Below, one piece after another: positions 22,850 through 35,230 of a stretch of DNA of 64,000 nucleotides (within the stretch, counting starts at the first letter, position 1; each line of letters begins with the position of its first letter). The translations under genes and the position numbers were made by a program. The stretch covers positions 9,734,001 through 9,798,000 of the forward strand of contig OX597828.1 in assembly GCA_951406725.2 (NCBI GenBank), written 5' to 3'. The notes beneath the pieces are model-generated. The model was given only the letters and a program-made list of their open reading frames with translations. It ran no database searches and was not told where the DNA came from. Source of the DNA: Octopus vulgaris (taxonomy: Eukaryota).

Positions 22850-23954
22850 CATAACAAAGTAAAACTGTTACGGGTTACTTTCCAGTTGTCCATAATGTGC
22901 TCTGAAATTAATAAAATTGACAATGTGCCATGTGATTTAATTAGGCATGTCGACATTTTGCTGATGGTTTTATTTTTTTGCGATGACCCACCTGGTTTTA
23001 CAATCGGGAAATATTGCAAATAGTTTATGGTCAAGTGTTTAACTCACTAACGCCATTTGGCTTTTCGCCTTGTCAAAATTTATCACCGAATTTCATAGAG
23101 TGACGTACGCACACGCCGGAATATTACAAGAGTTATCACGCCTTCTTCAGAGAGAGAAATTCCCCAAAAGTTTTCTTATGCCATTTTTTTTTCGGGGGTA
23201 CTAGGTAAAAATCACTTACCTCTACAAATGCATAAGTAGCTTGACTTCCATCTGCCTTGTGCCTATGCGAAAATTTAATGCAGAAAAGCACATTTATTTA
23301 TCTAAAATTCGTCGATTGGAAATGATGCATGCCGAAGGAATCTGGCTTTCCAATGGAAATTCTATCATTATGAAATACAGCATTACTTTCTTTTGGTGGA
23401 AGGCACTTCACTTCTCTGTAAGTGTTTGTGTGTACCTGAATGTGTGCGTGTATGCGCGTATGTGTGTGTGTTTTGTATTTTTCATTCAATATATTTTGCC
23501 AGCTTATTGTTGGAACTGTGTTTAATATTATTAAACAACGTCAATACCTCCATTTACAGGGATCATGTCTTTTGCTTCAAAATGTTCTTCAAGTTCATTT
23601 TTTTACTTCATTGGATTTAAGATACTCTAGATAAGTGTTCATTTCCATGTAATTCAATTTTATGACCGCTGTGCTTCTTTCTGCTATACATCTATTGAGA
23701 CAAATATATTGAAAACACACATTTCAGAATGTAAACACATTTTTTAGTGGGGCTTAATAATTGTGAAAATTTAAAGGTGCAAATAATACTTCGTAAGAAA
23801 TTACGCCCGAATAATATACAAAGAATGAACTTTTACGCAGTTTAAATATATCCTTATCAAGGACATCGTAAACCGATACTAAAATCGGAAGTGTAATCAA
23901 GAACACCGACAAAGATTTTGAGAGAGTTACGTTCATCATATATTTATATTCATA

Positions 23955-24375
23955 GGTGTAGGAGTGGCTGTGTGGTAAGTAGCTTGCCTACAAACTACAC
24001 GGTTCCTGGTTCAGCCCCACTGCGTGGCACCTTGGACAAGTGTCTTCTACTATAGCCTCGGGCCGACCAAAGACTTGCGAGTGGATTTGGTAGGCGGAAA
24101 CTGAAAGACACCCGACGTATATATGCATATACGATTATGGATGCGTGTGTATGTGTTTGTGTGTCTGTGTTTACCATCCCCCCCAACATCACTTGACAAC
24201 CGATGCTGGTGTGTTTACCTCCCCGTAACTTAACGGTTAGGCAAAAGAGACCGATAGAATAAGTACTAGGCTTACAAAGAATAGTCCTGGGGTCTGTTTG
24301 TTCGACTAAAGGCAGTGCTCCAGCATGGCCACAGTCAAATGACTGAAACAAGTAAAAGAGTAAAGACTAAAAGAC
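23955..24375 (+). mobile_element. full-length SINE family A
   Basis: The head is GGTGTAGGAGTGGCTGTGTGGTAAG...GGTTCAGCCCC, followed by a CCTTGGACAAGTG body, an internal TG repeat and a GTAAAAGAG tail. Confidence 0.9.
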
Positions 24376-24406
24376 TATGTCGTTGTTGTTGTCTTTCATT
24401 TATATA

Positions 24407-24924
24407 TCTATATATATAAAACTGTAGTTGTGTGAGTGTCTGTCTCCTACGATTTAGATTCCTAACTCCTCCCACATTTTGCGGTGCAGTTTAACCAAAT
24501 TCGGGTATCTTATAGTCGTGATTCTTATCGAGCCCGTCTGGCTATTAGCGCGCGTCTATGATGAGTCTACGATTTTAAAAATAATTTAACATCATTTTTT
24601 TATTCCATTTTAATGCATAATTTTTCGTGTGTCGATGGCGGCGGAGTTGGCGTCCACGCTCAAACACCTGCACCTGTGTTTGCTTCTCCCCCTTCTTCCC
24701 TCCCTCGTGAAGCTATGGGGAAGGGAGTTTAAGGAAATCAACGTCGTAATGCGTTGTCAAGGAGACCAGCGTTCTTTTAGAACAACGACTTCATGGCTTG
24801 AAGACACCAAAACAGAAATGGCTAAGAAAGCCCGAATTGGCATCTATAAAGGAAGTAACTCTCTAAAAATGCTTATATAGTTATTTCCCTTACAAACCCG
24901 AGCAACGCCGGGCGATACTGCTAG
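24407..24924 (+). mobile_element. non-autonomous Helitron
   Basis: It starts A|TCTATATATATAAAACTG, has the hairpin cccgagcaacgccggg at 24897-24912, and ends CTAG|T at 24921-24924. Confidence 0.9.
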
Positions 24925-25371
24925 TTTATATATAAGGTTGTCTTTAATGCTATTTGTTGTAGTCATGCTGCACCGATTGATGCAGTCCTTCTAATTGCGT
25001 CGGAACCAAATATGTTTCTCTATTCTTATTCAGCACACATCAGAATCCAGAAGTGATCCTGTGATGATTTCGAACGAGCAGTATTGTAGTTGTTGCTCCT
25101 GCGTTTCTTCCTTCACACGTAGTGTTATTTACCTGCTATTAACCTCCTATGCCATACAGCACGGGTCATGGAACGGACTTTGTAATTCAGGATAGAATTA
25201 AATGTGCTTGTTATAACATTGTCAGCGCTACCAAAATGTGGTGGAGTTACAACTGGAAAACTTTGCTGCTTTCTCTACTCCTTAATGTTGAAAAGGGGTA
25301 TTTACGCTTTCAACGCAAATTGCGTTCAATTTAAAATGTCTTCATATACATTATATTTTGATTTATTCATA

Positions 25372-25601
25372 TTTCTTTATTGCCCACAAGGGGCTAAACA
25401 TAGAGACGACAAACAGAGACAGATAAACGGATTAAGTCGATTACATCGACCCCAGTGCGTAACTGGTACTTAATATATCGACCCCGAAAAGATAAAAGGC
25501 AACGTCGACCTTGGCAGAATTTGAACTCAGAACGTAACGGCAGACGAAATACCGCTAAGCATTTCGCCCGGCAAGCTAACATTCCTGCCAGATCGCCGCC
25601 T
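25372..25601 (-). mobile_element. monomeric SINE family B
   Basis: The head is GGCGGCGATCTGGCAGG, with a single core. Confidence 0.85.
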
Positions 25602-27401
25602 TTCTTACAAACAAACCTAATATAATTTTCAAATAAAATATAACATTGTATATATTGCAAGATTTGTTTAAAATGTATCCCTTTTGTAAACATTTCCGCA
25701 ATTTTCAAATTAGTTCATATACATTTTATAATTCATAGATTTTACTTGTATTGCATATGCATTTAACCATAGTACTTGTTCAGATGCATTTCACTTCTAT
25801 CAGAAAATACTTATAATGCATCTCCTTACTGAATATGGATTGTGTGTAATACATGATATTTGAGGCTTGAACTTCTGTAAACATAGAGATATGGTTTATC
25901 TATAGATATAAATTAGGTTGCCTCCATTATACTGAGATATTTTAGTGCACCTTTCATTATGCATTGTCAGAACATTAGCATATAAGTATAATGGCTAGGA
26001 ATTACGGAAACATAAAGAAGTTTGTGTATGAACGATAAGGAGAAAGAAAGGAAGGAAGGAAGAGAGAAAAACAAATGAATGATAGAACGGAGTAGGAAGA
26101 CGAAATAGATAACTGATGATCATTCCAAATCGCTTCCTCCATATCACAATGTATGTTGCATTTGCCTTTCGCATAAACGGATAATGAAACAGTTCAATTT
26201 ATATATGAACAGTTATAATAAAGTGTAACGCTAATGGCATTTAAATCCGATACGCTGTTCCTCTCTTTTAACAATGTCAGTATTAAGTTTAGTGTTGTTT
26301 GAAGCAATTGTATGAACCTTTGGTCATTCTTTAGTAAGCGCATAGCGTTCTTCCACCTTCATGTTTCTTAACTGCCATATTTTCCTTCTTAAACTCACAA
26401 CTATATACACATCTTATTGGCTGTTCGATGTGTTTGTGTACACTTCCTTGAAAAGCAGTCAATTTATAAACGAATTATTTCCTCTATGATATCGACATTT
26501 ATATTTTCTCTATGACCTAAATTAATAATATAATTATCTAGCGTTATAAACAAAAGTTCTTGTCAGATCATCGAAATTAATTGGATAATCAGGCTTACTA
26601 CACACATTTTGAGAGGTATTTTTGGAAATATATTTGCTCATCAACTTACAGCAAAAACATGGAGGGCGAAATTAGGAAGGTGATGGACATTCATAAGATA
26701 TGGCTGAGAAGTGCGTTGGAAAGCCTCTCATCACTTCTGGATATGCTAGGTGATGGATAACTTTAATCCTAGACTGATTAACTTATTAGTGAATACACAC
26801 ACATACATACACCCTCCAAACCCAAACACATACTTTCACGCATACACACGCATATATACACAAATATACACTCATATACATATGTGTGTGAGTGTATGTG
26901 TATGTATTCTGTGTAAGTGAATATACATGCATGAATGTATTTGTAATAGATTATAATATGTATCAATATGTGGAGCATAGGCAATCATAGTCTATCGCGG
27001 TGTATGGAGTCATGTGTTGACTGGGGGCATTCAAAAACAGTAGTTCTCACCCAAGCTATCCAGCCTTTGCTCACTTATTTCACTGTGTAACACTAACTTT
27101 TCAAGGTTCCCCATATCTCGATACGTAAATCCTCCAAGAAACATTTGCTATAACTATAATTAACAAGAGGATTTTTACTTAACGGCCTTTGTGGTGCCAA
27201 GCACGCCGTAAGCTCCTTAGAGGAACTGAACTGCGAACCCTTTCCAACTCGTTTCAGTTTGGTCCATCTTGTTCGTTGACAACTGACACGATCTAACTCA
27301 ACTAACTTTGTATATTTTCATCTCTTGTCCACGTTTGCCTCATCAGTTCGGTCCTCTAAGCGTATGGTAATTTACAACAGAATCGATTTTGTGTGCGTGA
27401 A

Positions 27402-27790
27402 AGGCAGCGAGCTGGCAGAAACGTTAGCACGCTGGGCGAAATGCGTAGCCGTATTTCGTCTGCCGTTACATTCTGAGTTCAAATTACGCCGAGGTCGACT
27501 TTGCCTTTCATCCTTTCGGGGTCGATAAATTAAGTATCAGTTACACACTGGGGGTGATGTAGTGGACTTAATCCGTTTGTCTGTCCTCTCTGTGTTTAGC
27601 CCCTTGGGGGTAGTAAAGAAATAGGTATTTCGTCTGTCTTTACGTTCTGAGTTCGAATTTCTCCGAAGTCGGCTTTACCCTTCATCTTTTCAGGGTTGAT
27701 AAACTAAGTACCAGTTGCGTACTAGGATCGATCTAATCGGCTGGCCCCTCGCCCCAAATTTTGGGCCTTGTGCATAGAGTAGAAGAGAAT
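27402..27790 (+). mobile_element. dimeric SINE family B
   Basis: The head is GGCAGCGAGCTGGCAGAAAC, with two core copies. Confidence 0.88.
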
Positions 27791-28136
27791 TATGTGTGTA
27801 TGAATATGTGTATGTATGTCCATGCACATGTGTGTACTAGCATGCGTCGTGTGTGGCTGCGCATGCGTGTGAATACAAGCATACATACACACATAATTTT
27901 ATTGAATTAACATAATAATGTAAAATCCACATTTGCTAAAATAGTTTGCATTACTGAAGGTATCATCACTTGTTCGTTGTAATTAGAGCAGATTTCTTTT
28001 TATGAATGTAATTTATACTTGACTATTTCGTTTCTTGTTTCCGTTAAACATATGGTCATATATTCCATTGAATGAAATTTACATTGGTCTAACAAACGGC
28101 ATAAACAAGCCATTCGCTTAACGATTCATCGGAAGA

Positions 28137-28580
28137 AGGCGACGAGCTGGCAGAATCGTTAGCATGCCGGGCGAAGTGCTTTGCTATATTTCGTCTGTCA
28201 CTACGTTCTGAGTTAAAATTACGCCGAGGTCGACTTTGCCTTTCATCCTTTCGGGGTCGATAAATTACCAGTTATGCACTGAAGTCGATGTAATCGACTT
28301 AATACCTTTGTCTGTCCTTGTTTGTTTCGTCTATGTTTAGCCCCTTGTGGGCAATAAAAAAATAAGAATCGTTAGCACTCCGGGCAAAATATCTAGCAGC
28401 ATCTCATTCTTCTTTCATTTCTGTGTTTATGTGTTCAAGTTTCGCCGAGGCCAACTTTGTCTTTTCTCTTTTCGGGGTCCTTTAAATATGTACCATGTAA
28501 GCACTGAGTGAGGTAGAGTTCACGTAATCGAATTATCCACTCCCCGAATTTGGTGAACACATGCTAAAATTTGAACGCAA
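28137..28580 (+). mobile_element. SINE family B (second unit degenerate)
   Basis: The head is GGCGACGAGCTGGCAGAATC, with core gtcgactttgcctttcatcctttcggggtcgata. Confidence 0.85.
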
Positions 28581-29037
28581 TAATTCCTCGGGGGAATACT
28601 ATGTGATTTAGCTGAATCATTCTAGTCAAAAGTACAGAGAAATTTTGTATTTCCGGGTGTTCGTAAATCAGATGAGAATATTAAAGCTGAACGTGAAATC
28701 AGGTTTTGGCAAACAGATCAGGATCACGACTCAGAAAAATATTCCAAAATGTTGATAGCCTAATTTGGCGTTTATGCCAAATATCATTGTTTAGAAATCT
28801 AGAAATATGACGGGATAATGACAGGAAATTTGAATTCAAGCGTATAAATATTCAACAATTTATATATAAATTTATGCTTCCATTTCAGCTGAACTTTTTA
28901 ACTACAGCTTTGACTGTCTGATAAAAGATCAGATCTGCCATGCAATCAGTCATGTTATCGCCCAAACAAAAGACGGTTGTGTTGTCATACTTGCATTAGG
29001 CGTGTCGTTCTATGATTACAGTACCGTAAAATATTTA

Positions 29038-29236
29038 CGAGTGTGTGCTGAAAATTTCCTGGCTTTAAGGGCATCGCAATAACTTCCGAGTTATTTTACA
29101 GGGCTTAGAAAAACTGAAGGACTGCTGCCGTAAGTGCGTGAATCTGAGAGAGGAGTATGTTGAATGCAATCACAATTTAATGATCAGTCTGTACTTTTCA
29201 TTTACCCAAAGCAAAGGACTTTTGAGCACAACTTGG
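29038..29236 (+). mobile_element. internally deleted mariner derivative (about 200 bp)
   Basis: Imperfect TIRs TA|cgagtgtgtgctgaaaatttcctggcttt ... aaagcaaaggacttttgagcacaacttgg|TA. The interior encodes KLKDCCRKCVNLREEYVE, like a mariner C-terminus. Confidence 0.75.
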
Positions 29237-29639
29237 TAAAGTCCTATGAAATGCAATGTAAACTGGTTATAAAAATGAAATTGAAAATAATACACTAACT
29301 TATCCATGTTATTTTTTTTTAAATTTCATCAAATATGAGATTATTTATTAAACACACCCTTAGGGATACAATAACTTCCGGTAACATACAAGTCAATGAC
29401 TTCTGCTGTTACTTCATCACAAATTTTTCTTCGAGTGCTGACGCAATATTGGTTAATGTTGTTTTAACATTGAGGAGAACGAATTTAACTTACAGCGAGC
29501 CAGACACTAGCTTGTGCACCCCAGGAAAAACGTTCACATTAATTTCACTATTGATATTCCATATATTTTCTTTTAATCTTTTACTTGGATCAGGCATTTG
29601 TCTGTTTTACCCGGAAGCACCGCCATAAAGGGTTTTAGT

Positions 29640-29646
29640 TAACACA

Positions 29647-29682
<36 letters not shown>

Positions 29683-29835
29683 AATGGCCTGGATCAGTTT
29701 TCGTCTACCAAATGCACTCAACAGGCTTAGGTCAGCCCAAGGCAATAGTAAAAGGGACTTGCCTAAGATGCCACGCAGTGGGACTGCACTCGGAACGGTG
29801 TTGTTGGGAAGCAAATTTCTTGCACAATCATGCCT
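29640..29835 (-). mobile_element. 5' half of SINE family A
   Basis: cagttttcgtctaccaaatgcactca...gccacgcagtgggactg matches family A. Confidence 0.75.
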
Positions 29836-29837
29836 TC

Positions 29838-29890
<53 letters not shown>

Positions 29891-31479
29891 AGTGTGTGTG
29901 TATACAATAAAAATCGCTGCAATATCTTGCACTCTATAAATATATGCAACCACAAAGTTTTAAAGTGTTAACTTCATGAAAATCATCTTAAAACATCATA
30001 TTTGTAATATCCAGTAATTTTGAAACTCCTTTACATTTAGTATATTTTTTCTAGCAAAACACAAAATGTGTTATGCTTATAGAAGTGTTAAATAAAGTGT
30101 TTTGAAAAGTAGATATTTTGCACATAAATTTTTATAGGTGTTTAAGGCGCTGCTTCACGGAGAGGCTATAGCGGGTACGGAATGTCATCGAAACCTTACA
30201 TTGATATTGCTTTTTTCTTCAAATTGAGCGTTACTGTTACTATTGCACAATTAATCATCGCCCTAGGCTTGATGTATTCGTAAATGATACGTTCTTAATT
30301 ATTAACTTCGCATTGTATGTTCCTACCTTCTTTTCTTCATTTTTATTTTGTGTTTTGGATACCTTACCTCGTTCCTTGCCTATGAAGATTTTGCAAAGTG
30401 ATCTCTCCTAAATTCACTCCACATTGATTTATCTTGCTTAAACAATAACATGTATTCCGAAACACCTGACCTGCTACCTTGTATAACTCATCCTTCTCTC
30501 TTTTTCTAACCTCCTATTGATTTCCTTTTCTCTCGCTCCCCACCCTCCTCTCTCTCTTTCTCTCTCTTTCAAATACAACCAAAGTCCATCGACCCGCCTC
30601 AGTAAAAATTTAGTTAGTGTTCATACGGATGTATGGATGCCCGTGCCCTTTAGTCGTTAAGATTATCTGGATGTAAAACGCTCAAATCGCAAATAAGTGA
30701 CAGTGCGGGTTAAGTGTGAAAATGGTGTTTAATACAGCCTTAGCTCAAATAATAATCTGAAATATAACGGATAGGACCTGCTTGGATCAGTGTTGAAAAA
30801 GAATGTACCTGATCTTCGATTGTAATCCTAAGCCCTATTTAAGAATGTATTGGATGCATTCACATAAATACTACGATATTTGGATGATTTCTACTCTCTA
30901 ACCAGTCATCAAAACAATGTAAATATTAAGCATCGGTTTCTCTTCTCTGTAAGCTAATGAAAAAACTTCCAAATTCAAGTTAACTAGTGTAAGGTATATG
31001 ATGCTCTCAGCCAATACACTAACGTTACTTCACACTTATATTTAATATTTTACTGAATGCAAATTAACAATTATATTACATATAACTTTTCTCTTTCATT
31101 GGTATTTTATTTCAGTGTAATATTTAATATTTATCCTTTTTCTTTCATCTGAATTAATTAATATTTAATTGCAGTCGCTTGTAGATAATGTTGTAATTTA
31201 TAATTTACACATATGTTTCCTAGATTTCTTTCTCTTATCAGCATTTTTCAATATTTTAGTGACTGTCGGCAAAGTAACGTATCTTAAATTAATTCAAAAC
31301 ATATTTATCTACCTATATATCATGAATTTCCAAAAATTAATAAAAGTAAAACATTGTTTGTAAACAACTGCAATCGGTAAGAGAAAGAAAACACTACTAG
31401 AACGTAGATAAACACCAATTTATGATATATCATCATAGCAGCCAGTTTTAAATTTCTCCAGGAAACAAATGCGAATTAC

Positions 31480-31540
31480 AATATATATATATATATGTAT
31501 ACATGTATATATACATATATATATGTATACATATATATAT

Positions 31541-31614
<74 letters not shown>

Positions 31615-31627
31615 CAATATATATACT

Positions 31628-31698
<71 letters not shown>
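31480..31698. repeat. (TA)n/(TG)n microsatellite
   Basis: Directly visible. Confidence 0.95.
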
Positions 31699-31700
<2 letters not shown>

Positions 31701-32129
31701 CATTTTATAGGAAGCAAGTAAATTTTACTAATTTGGAAATATCTTTAATTAGCTGCTTTCAGAGAATAGAATTTCATGGGAATAAGACATTATGTCATAA
31801 ACATAAAATCTCTTCCTAATTTAAATGATGAATTATGATGCACATCTGAGGATGCGGTCACGAAATTTGATTAAAATACAGTTGTGTTCATGGTTTTTAC
31901 TTGCACTAAATATACACAAACTTTATGCTAGAGCAAAACAATTGGGAATATCCTAAATTTGTAATGTTTCCAAACAATAAAGGTATAATAAAATGCTAAA
32001 TGTTCATCATGTAACCAGGTCGATATACATTCATCTTATAGAAAATAGTCCTAATTTGTAAAATGTCGGAAGTGTTAACTAACCTAACTGCGTCATGGTT
32101 GGAACGCCGATGGAATAACGATAATAATT

Positions 32130-33041
32130 TTATGCCCACATGACATTATTTAAGCAAAGAAAAATGACATTAATAATTTTTTTCACGGGAAGTATCATCA
32201 TCCGCTGATATGAGTAACCTAGATGTCTATATAAATTCGTAAACAATAATACAGCTGTATCATATAGGCATAATAGTATGCTGCGTGATTGAAACAATAA
32301 TATAAACATGAGTAAAAATACTGTCTGGTTTTGCACACCGGATTGAAATATGAACCAAATTTCTTGGAGTGTAAAGGGAGACTAATCTGAGGGAGACTAA
32401 TTTCTAAAACTACTATTCTTATTTCATGTCAAGGTGGGTGAGCAAATGCGTCTATATACATTATAACAGTATTATCAAGTGTTGTGATCAAATGTTTGTG
32501 TGCAGAGATATCTTGGAGGAATTTTCACGCTTGCTGTAAGACACTGTTACAGAAAAAAGGAAAAGAAAAAGAAATTTCAAAACGTTTCCGCAACCGAGCC
32601 CCTCATTAATTTGTATGGATAAACTTAGTGTTCAATTTCTTCCAAATTTTCTCTATATTTAAGCTTTCCTGCCTATATTTGCATCCACAGTTGGGACTCA
32701 TGGTGTTGCTGAAGTTCACGCTCTAATTAGACCTGTACCTTAAGGGGTTTCAATAATCCGTATTTGTTACTGCTTTTCTTTTAATTTCGGGAAGTGTATC
32801 TTAGTTTGTGCAATCAAATGTCATTCTTTTGAAGTTGCATGAGACATAATTCATGATGGATCTTACAAATTAGTTGGTTGTATTCGTGGTCTCACGTTTA
32901 TTCGTCGGCTCAATTTTATGATAAATATATCAACATGTAGAATATCAGTCAAAATATCAACCTCCTCAGTAACAGCAATGGAGTTTCCTGAAAATTTGAA
33001 TTCTACAACATTTGCCAATCCATGAAATGGTATTCGCGTAC
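32130..33041 (-). pseudogene. decayed large exon of the same module family
   Basis: The acceptor aacAG before 33041 opens TRIPFHGL..., then frameshifted YVSCNFKRMTFDCTN and SPNCGCKY, and later EIWFIFQSGVQNQTVFLL (weakly CUB-end-like). Confidence 0.4.
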
Positions 33042-34189
33042 CTGTTAATATTGAATAGAAGTAATATGTCCAAATTGATACCCTTTTATATTTTTTCCTT
33101 TACTTGTTGCAGGCATTGAATTGAGGTGCTGTTAAGGCAAAATCTCGAAGGGTTTATACGAACAAATCAACACTTCTTTATTTTGTTTAATACACAGACG
33201 TAAACATTGCAACATCGATTGTCAAGGGGTTTAGGACACAAGTATAAACCCAAAAGCCGCACAACTACATCTACATATCTACTATATATTTATATATACA
33301 TATATGTGTGAGTATATATACATACATTACATGTGTTGTATGATTTGTTATATAAAATATTATCAGATTCAATAAGATGCCTAATCTTTTCCCTTTTCAT
33401 ATTTTATTAACATTTCATTTTTTTTTATTGAGGGGTTTAAACATTTTTAGTTGGGAGAAATAACCCAATTTGTACTGGGGGTGAGATAACGAAAACGTAC
33501 CCACAGAAATTTAGAGCTATTCAGTGGAAATTGGTTGAAAATAGGGGAAGTGTACAACGACAATTAAATAATACGATGCAACGTTTAAGGAATTGAAGTT
33601 ATATTAAATATTAAGGTAGAGTGGTACCTATCAGTAATGTACGGAGTTAGGGGAAATAGCAGATCGCACATCAAGGGAAGTCAGCAGTAGGGAGCAGTCT
33701 AATTATCAAAAACGTGGAATGTTAAACGGGTGGCGATGATATGAAAATTGGATGGTGTAATCACCTTTGTGTGAATCAGGGGAAGCAACTCAAGGCAAAA
33801 GTCGCGGGTAAAAGATTTGCATAGTGTGTTCTATCTACTATATAACAAGCGCTGCTCAAAAAACTGTATGTTGGTGTAAGGAGTACATATCTAGTAGAAA
33901 TGGAAACGAGCTGTCTAGGGTGTGTAGGCTGCTATAGAAGTTATGTATCACTATCGCCGTTATTGTATAATACCAGATACGCCACAGATAAAATGGTTAG
34001 TTCCTTCAATACAACATACCTTGCAAGTACATTAAGAGCAGTTAATCGGTATTCTTAAAAGGAAGACGAGAATAAGAGGATTCTGAAAGGAATGGATACA
34101 TCGATAGACTAAAGGGTCAGTGAAAGAGAGAGTAAATTGGACTGGGTCTACGTTGTTTAATATCCTTAAAGTATTTAAAGGTGCGGGTA

Positions 34190-35230
34190 GCCTTATGTAT
34201 GCATAAAAGAGGAAGGACTGGACTTGTTTATTATTTGACATATTTTCTCTATTAGATCGCCATAAAATTTCAAATAGCTCCATGTAGCAAAGTCTGCATC
34301 CGTATCTACAGTCTAAGTATTTAGCGATCCTAATGATGTCCCAACTGAAATCAAATTAAGCATTGTCGTCTCTAAGCTCCCAAATATTCGTAACGAGAGA
34401 CGTCCTTCCAGTCCTATATCTTAATTTAATAGATGAATTATGGTTGTTTAAGCGCCTCCTGAGTTTACAAGTAGCCGGTATAATTATAAGTATTGGTTTC
34501 CGTTCCGACAACACATTTGCAAACCACATTTTCTGCCAAACATCAACCAGAAAGAGGACAAGATGTTTTGTCTAAACAAATGCACCCAATATTTTATAAT
34601 ACCTGAAATTTATTGCTACGGGTATGAGATCCAACGTTATTATCGCTTGATAATTCAAGCTCGCGAGAGTTACTGGCGACAACATGGTGGTTTCTGGGGT
34701 ATATATTACTATATATGATCAATAATATTATGATTATAATTCGTTGCCGAGTACTGGGTGGGAGACTGTTGGTAGTTGGCGTTGACGTAAACGATCTAGC
34801 TTTCAGACAGTGGTACTTGAGGGTCGAGGGTGAGTGGTATAATGAAAGGATTTCCAGCACAGGTGTTAGAGTTCAGTGCATTTAACACATCAGCAACTTA
34901 AATGGGAGTAGGTGGTCTGTCATTTCGGCTAGCGGAGAAAGTGTTATAGGCAGCGGTATCGCGTGAGTTAGAGCTATTGGAATCAATACTGTGGCTAACA
35001 TTGATAGCTGTGGGATAGCTGGTACGGATGCTATCCCTATTTGTGGCCGGCTGACTGTTGTCAGTATCATAATATCTACTGACAATATTAGGTTCTTGTT
35101 TGTATTGTTGTATACAGTACTAGTGTTGGTAGAGATAGTGGTCATACTAGGAATATTAATATTGTTTTTCCTACTGCGATTTTTATTGGTAGCAGTGCTG
35201 CTAGGGGTTTTATAACTACTTCAAGTCATG
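34190..35230 (-). mobile_element. Penelope-like element remnant: GIY-YIG endonuclease preceded by a low-complexity T/N/S-rich segment
   Basis: The minus strand from 34560 reads CPLSG*CLAENVV...RRRLNNHNSSI...TSLVTNIWELRD...FSWDIIRIAK...CRLCYMELFEILW, the Penelope-type GIY-YIG pattern. Confidence 0.7.

Larger units (their letters stand above)
21822..23262 (-). pseudogene. decayed spliced exons of the same Cys-patterned module, interrupted by a SINE and a microsatellite
   Basis: A 43-nt exon 23262-23220 has a GTAAGT donor, phase-compatible with the acceptor tttcAG before 22901. Translation gives WCQKIY...SWCKLII...YGGQF...QCRCIKVYHQSFPYREF, with many stops. Confidence 0.5.

Noticed and set aside
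24930-25830. Possible additional exon remnants around the 25.4 kb SINE (also 1.1-1.6 kb)
   Set aside because: Open stretches with scattered Cys are present, but no motif was shared clearly enough with the other blocks to call.
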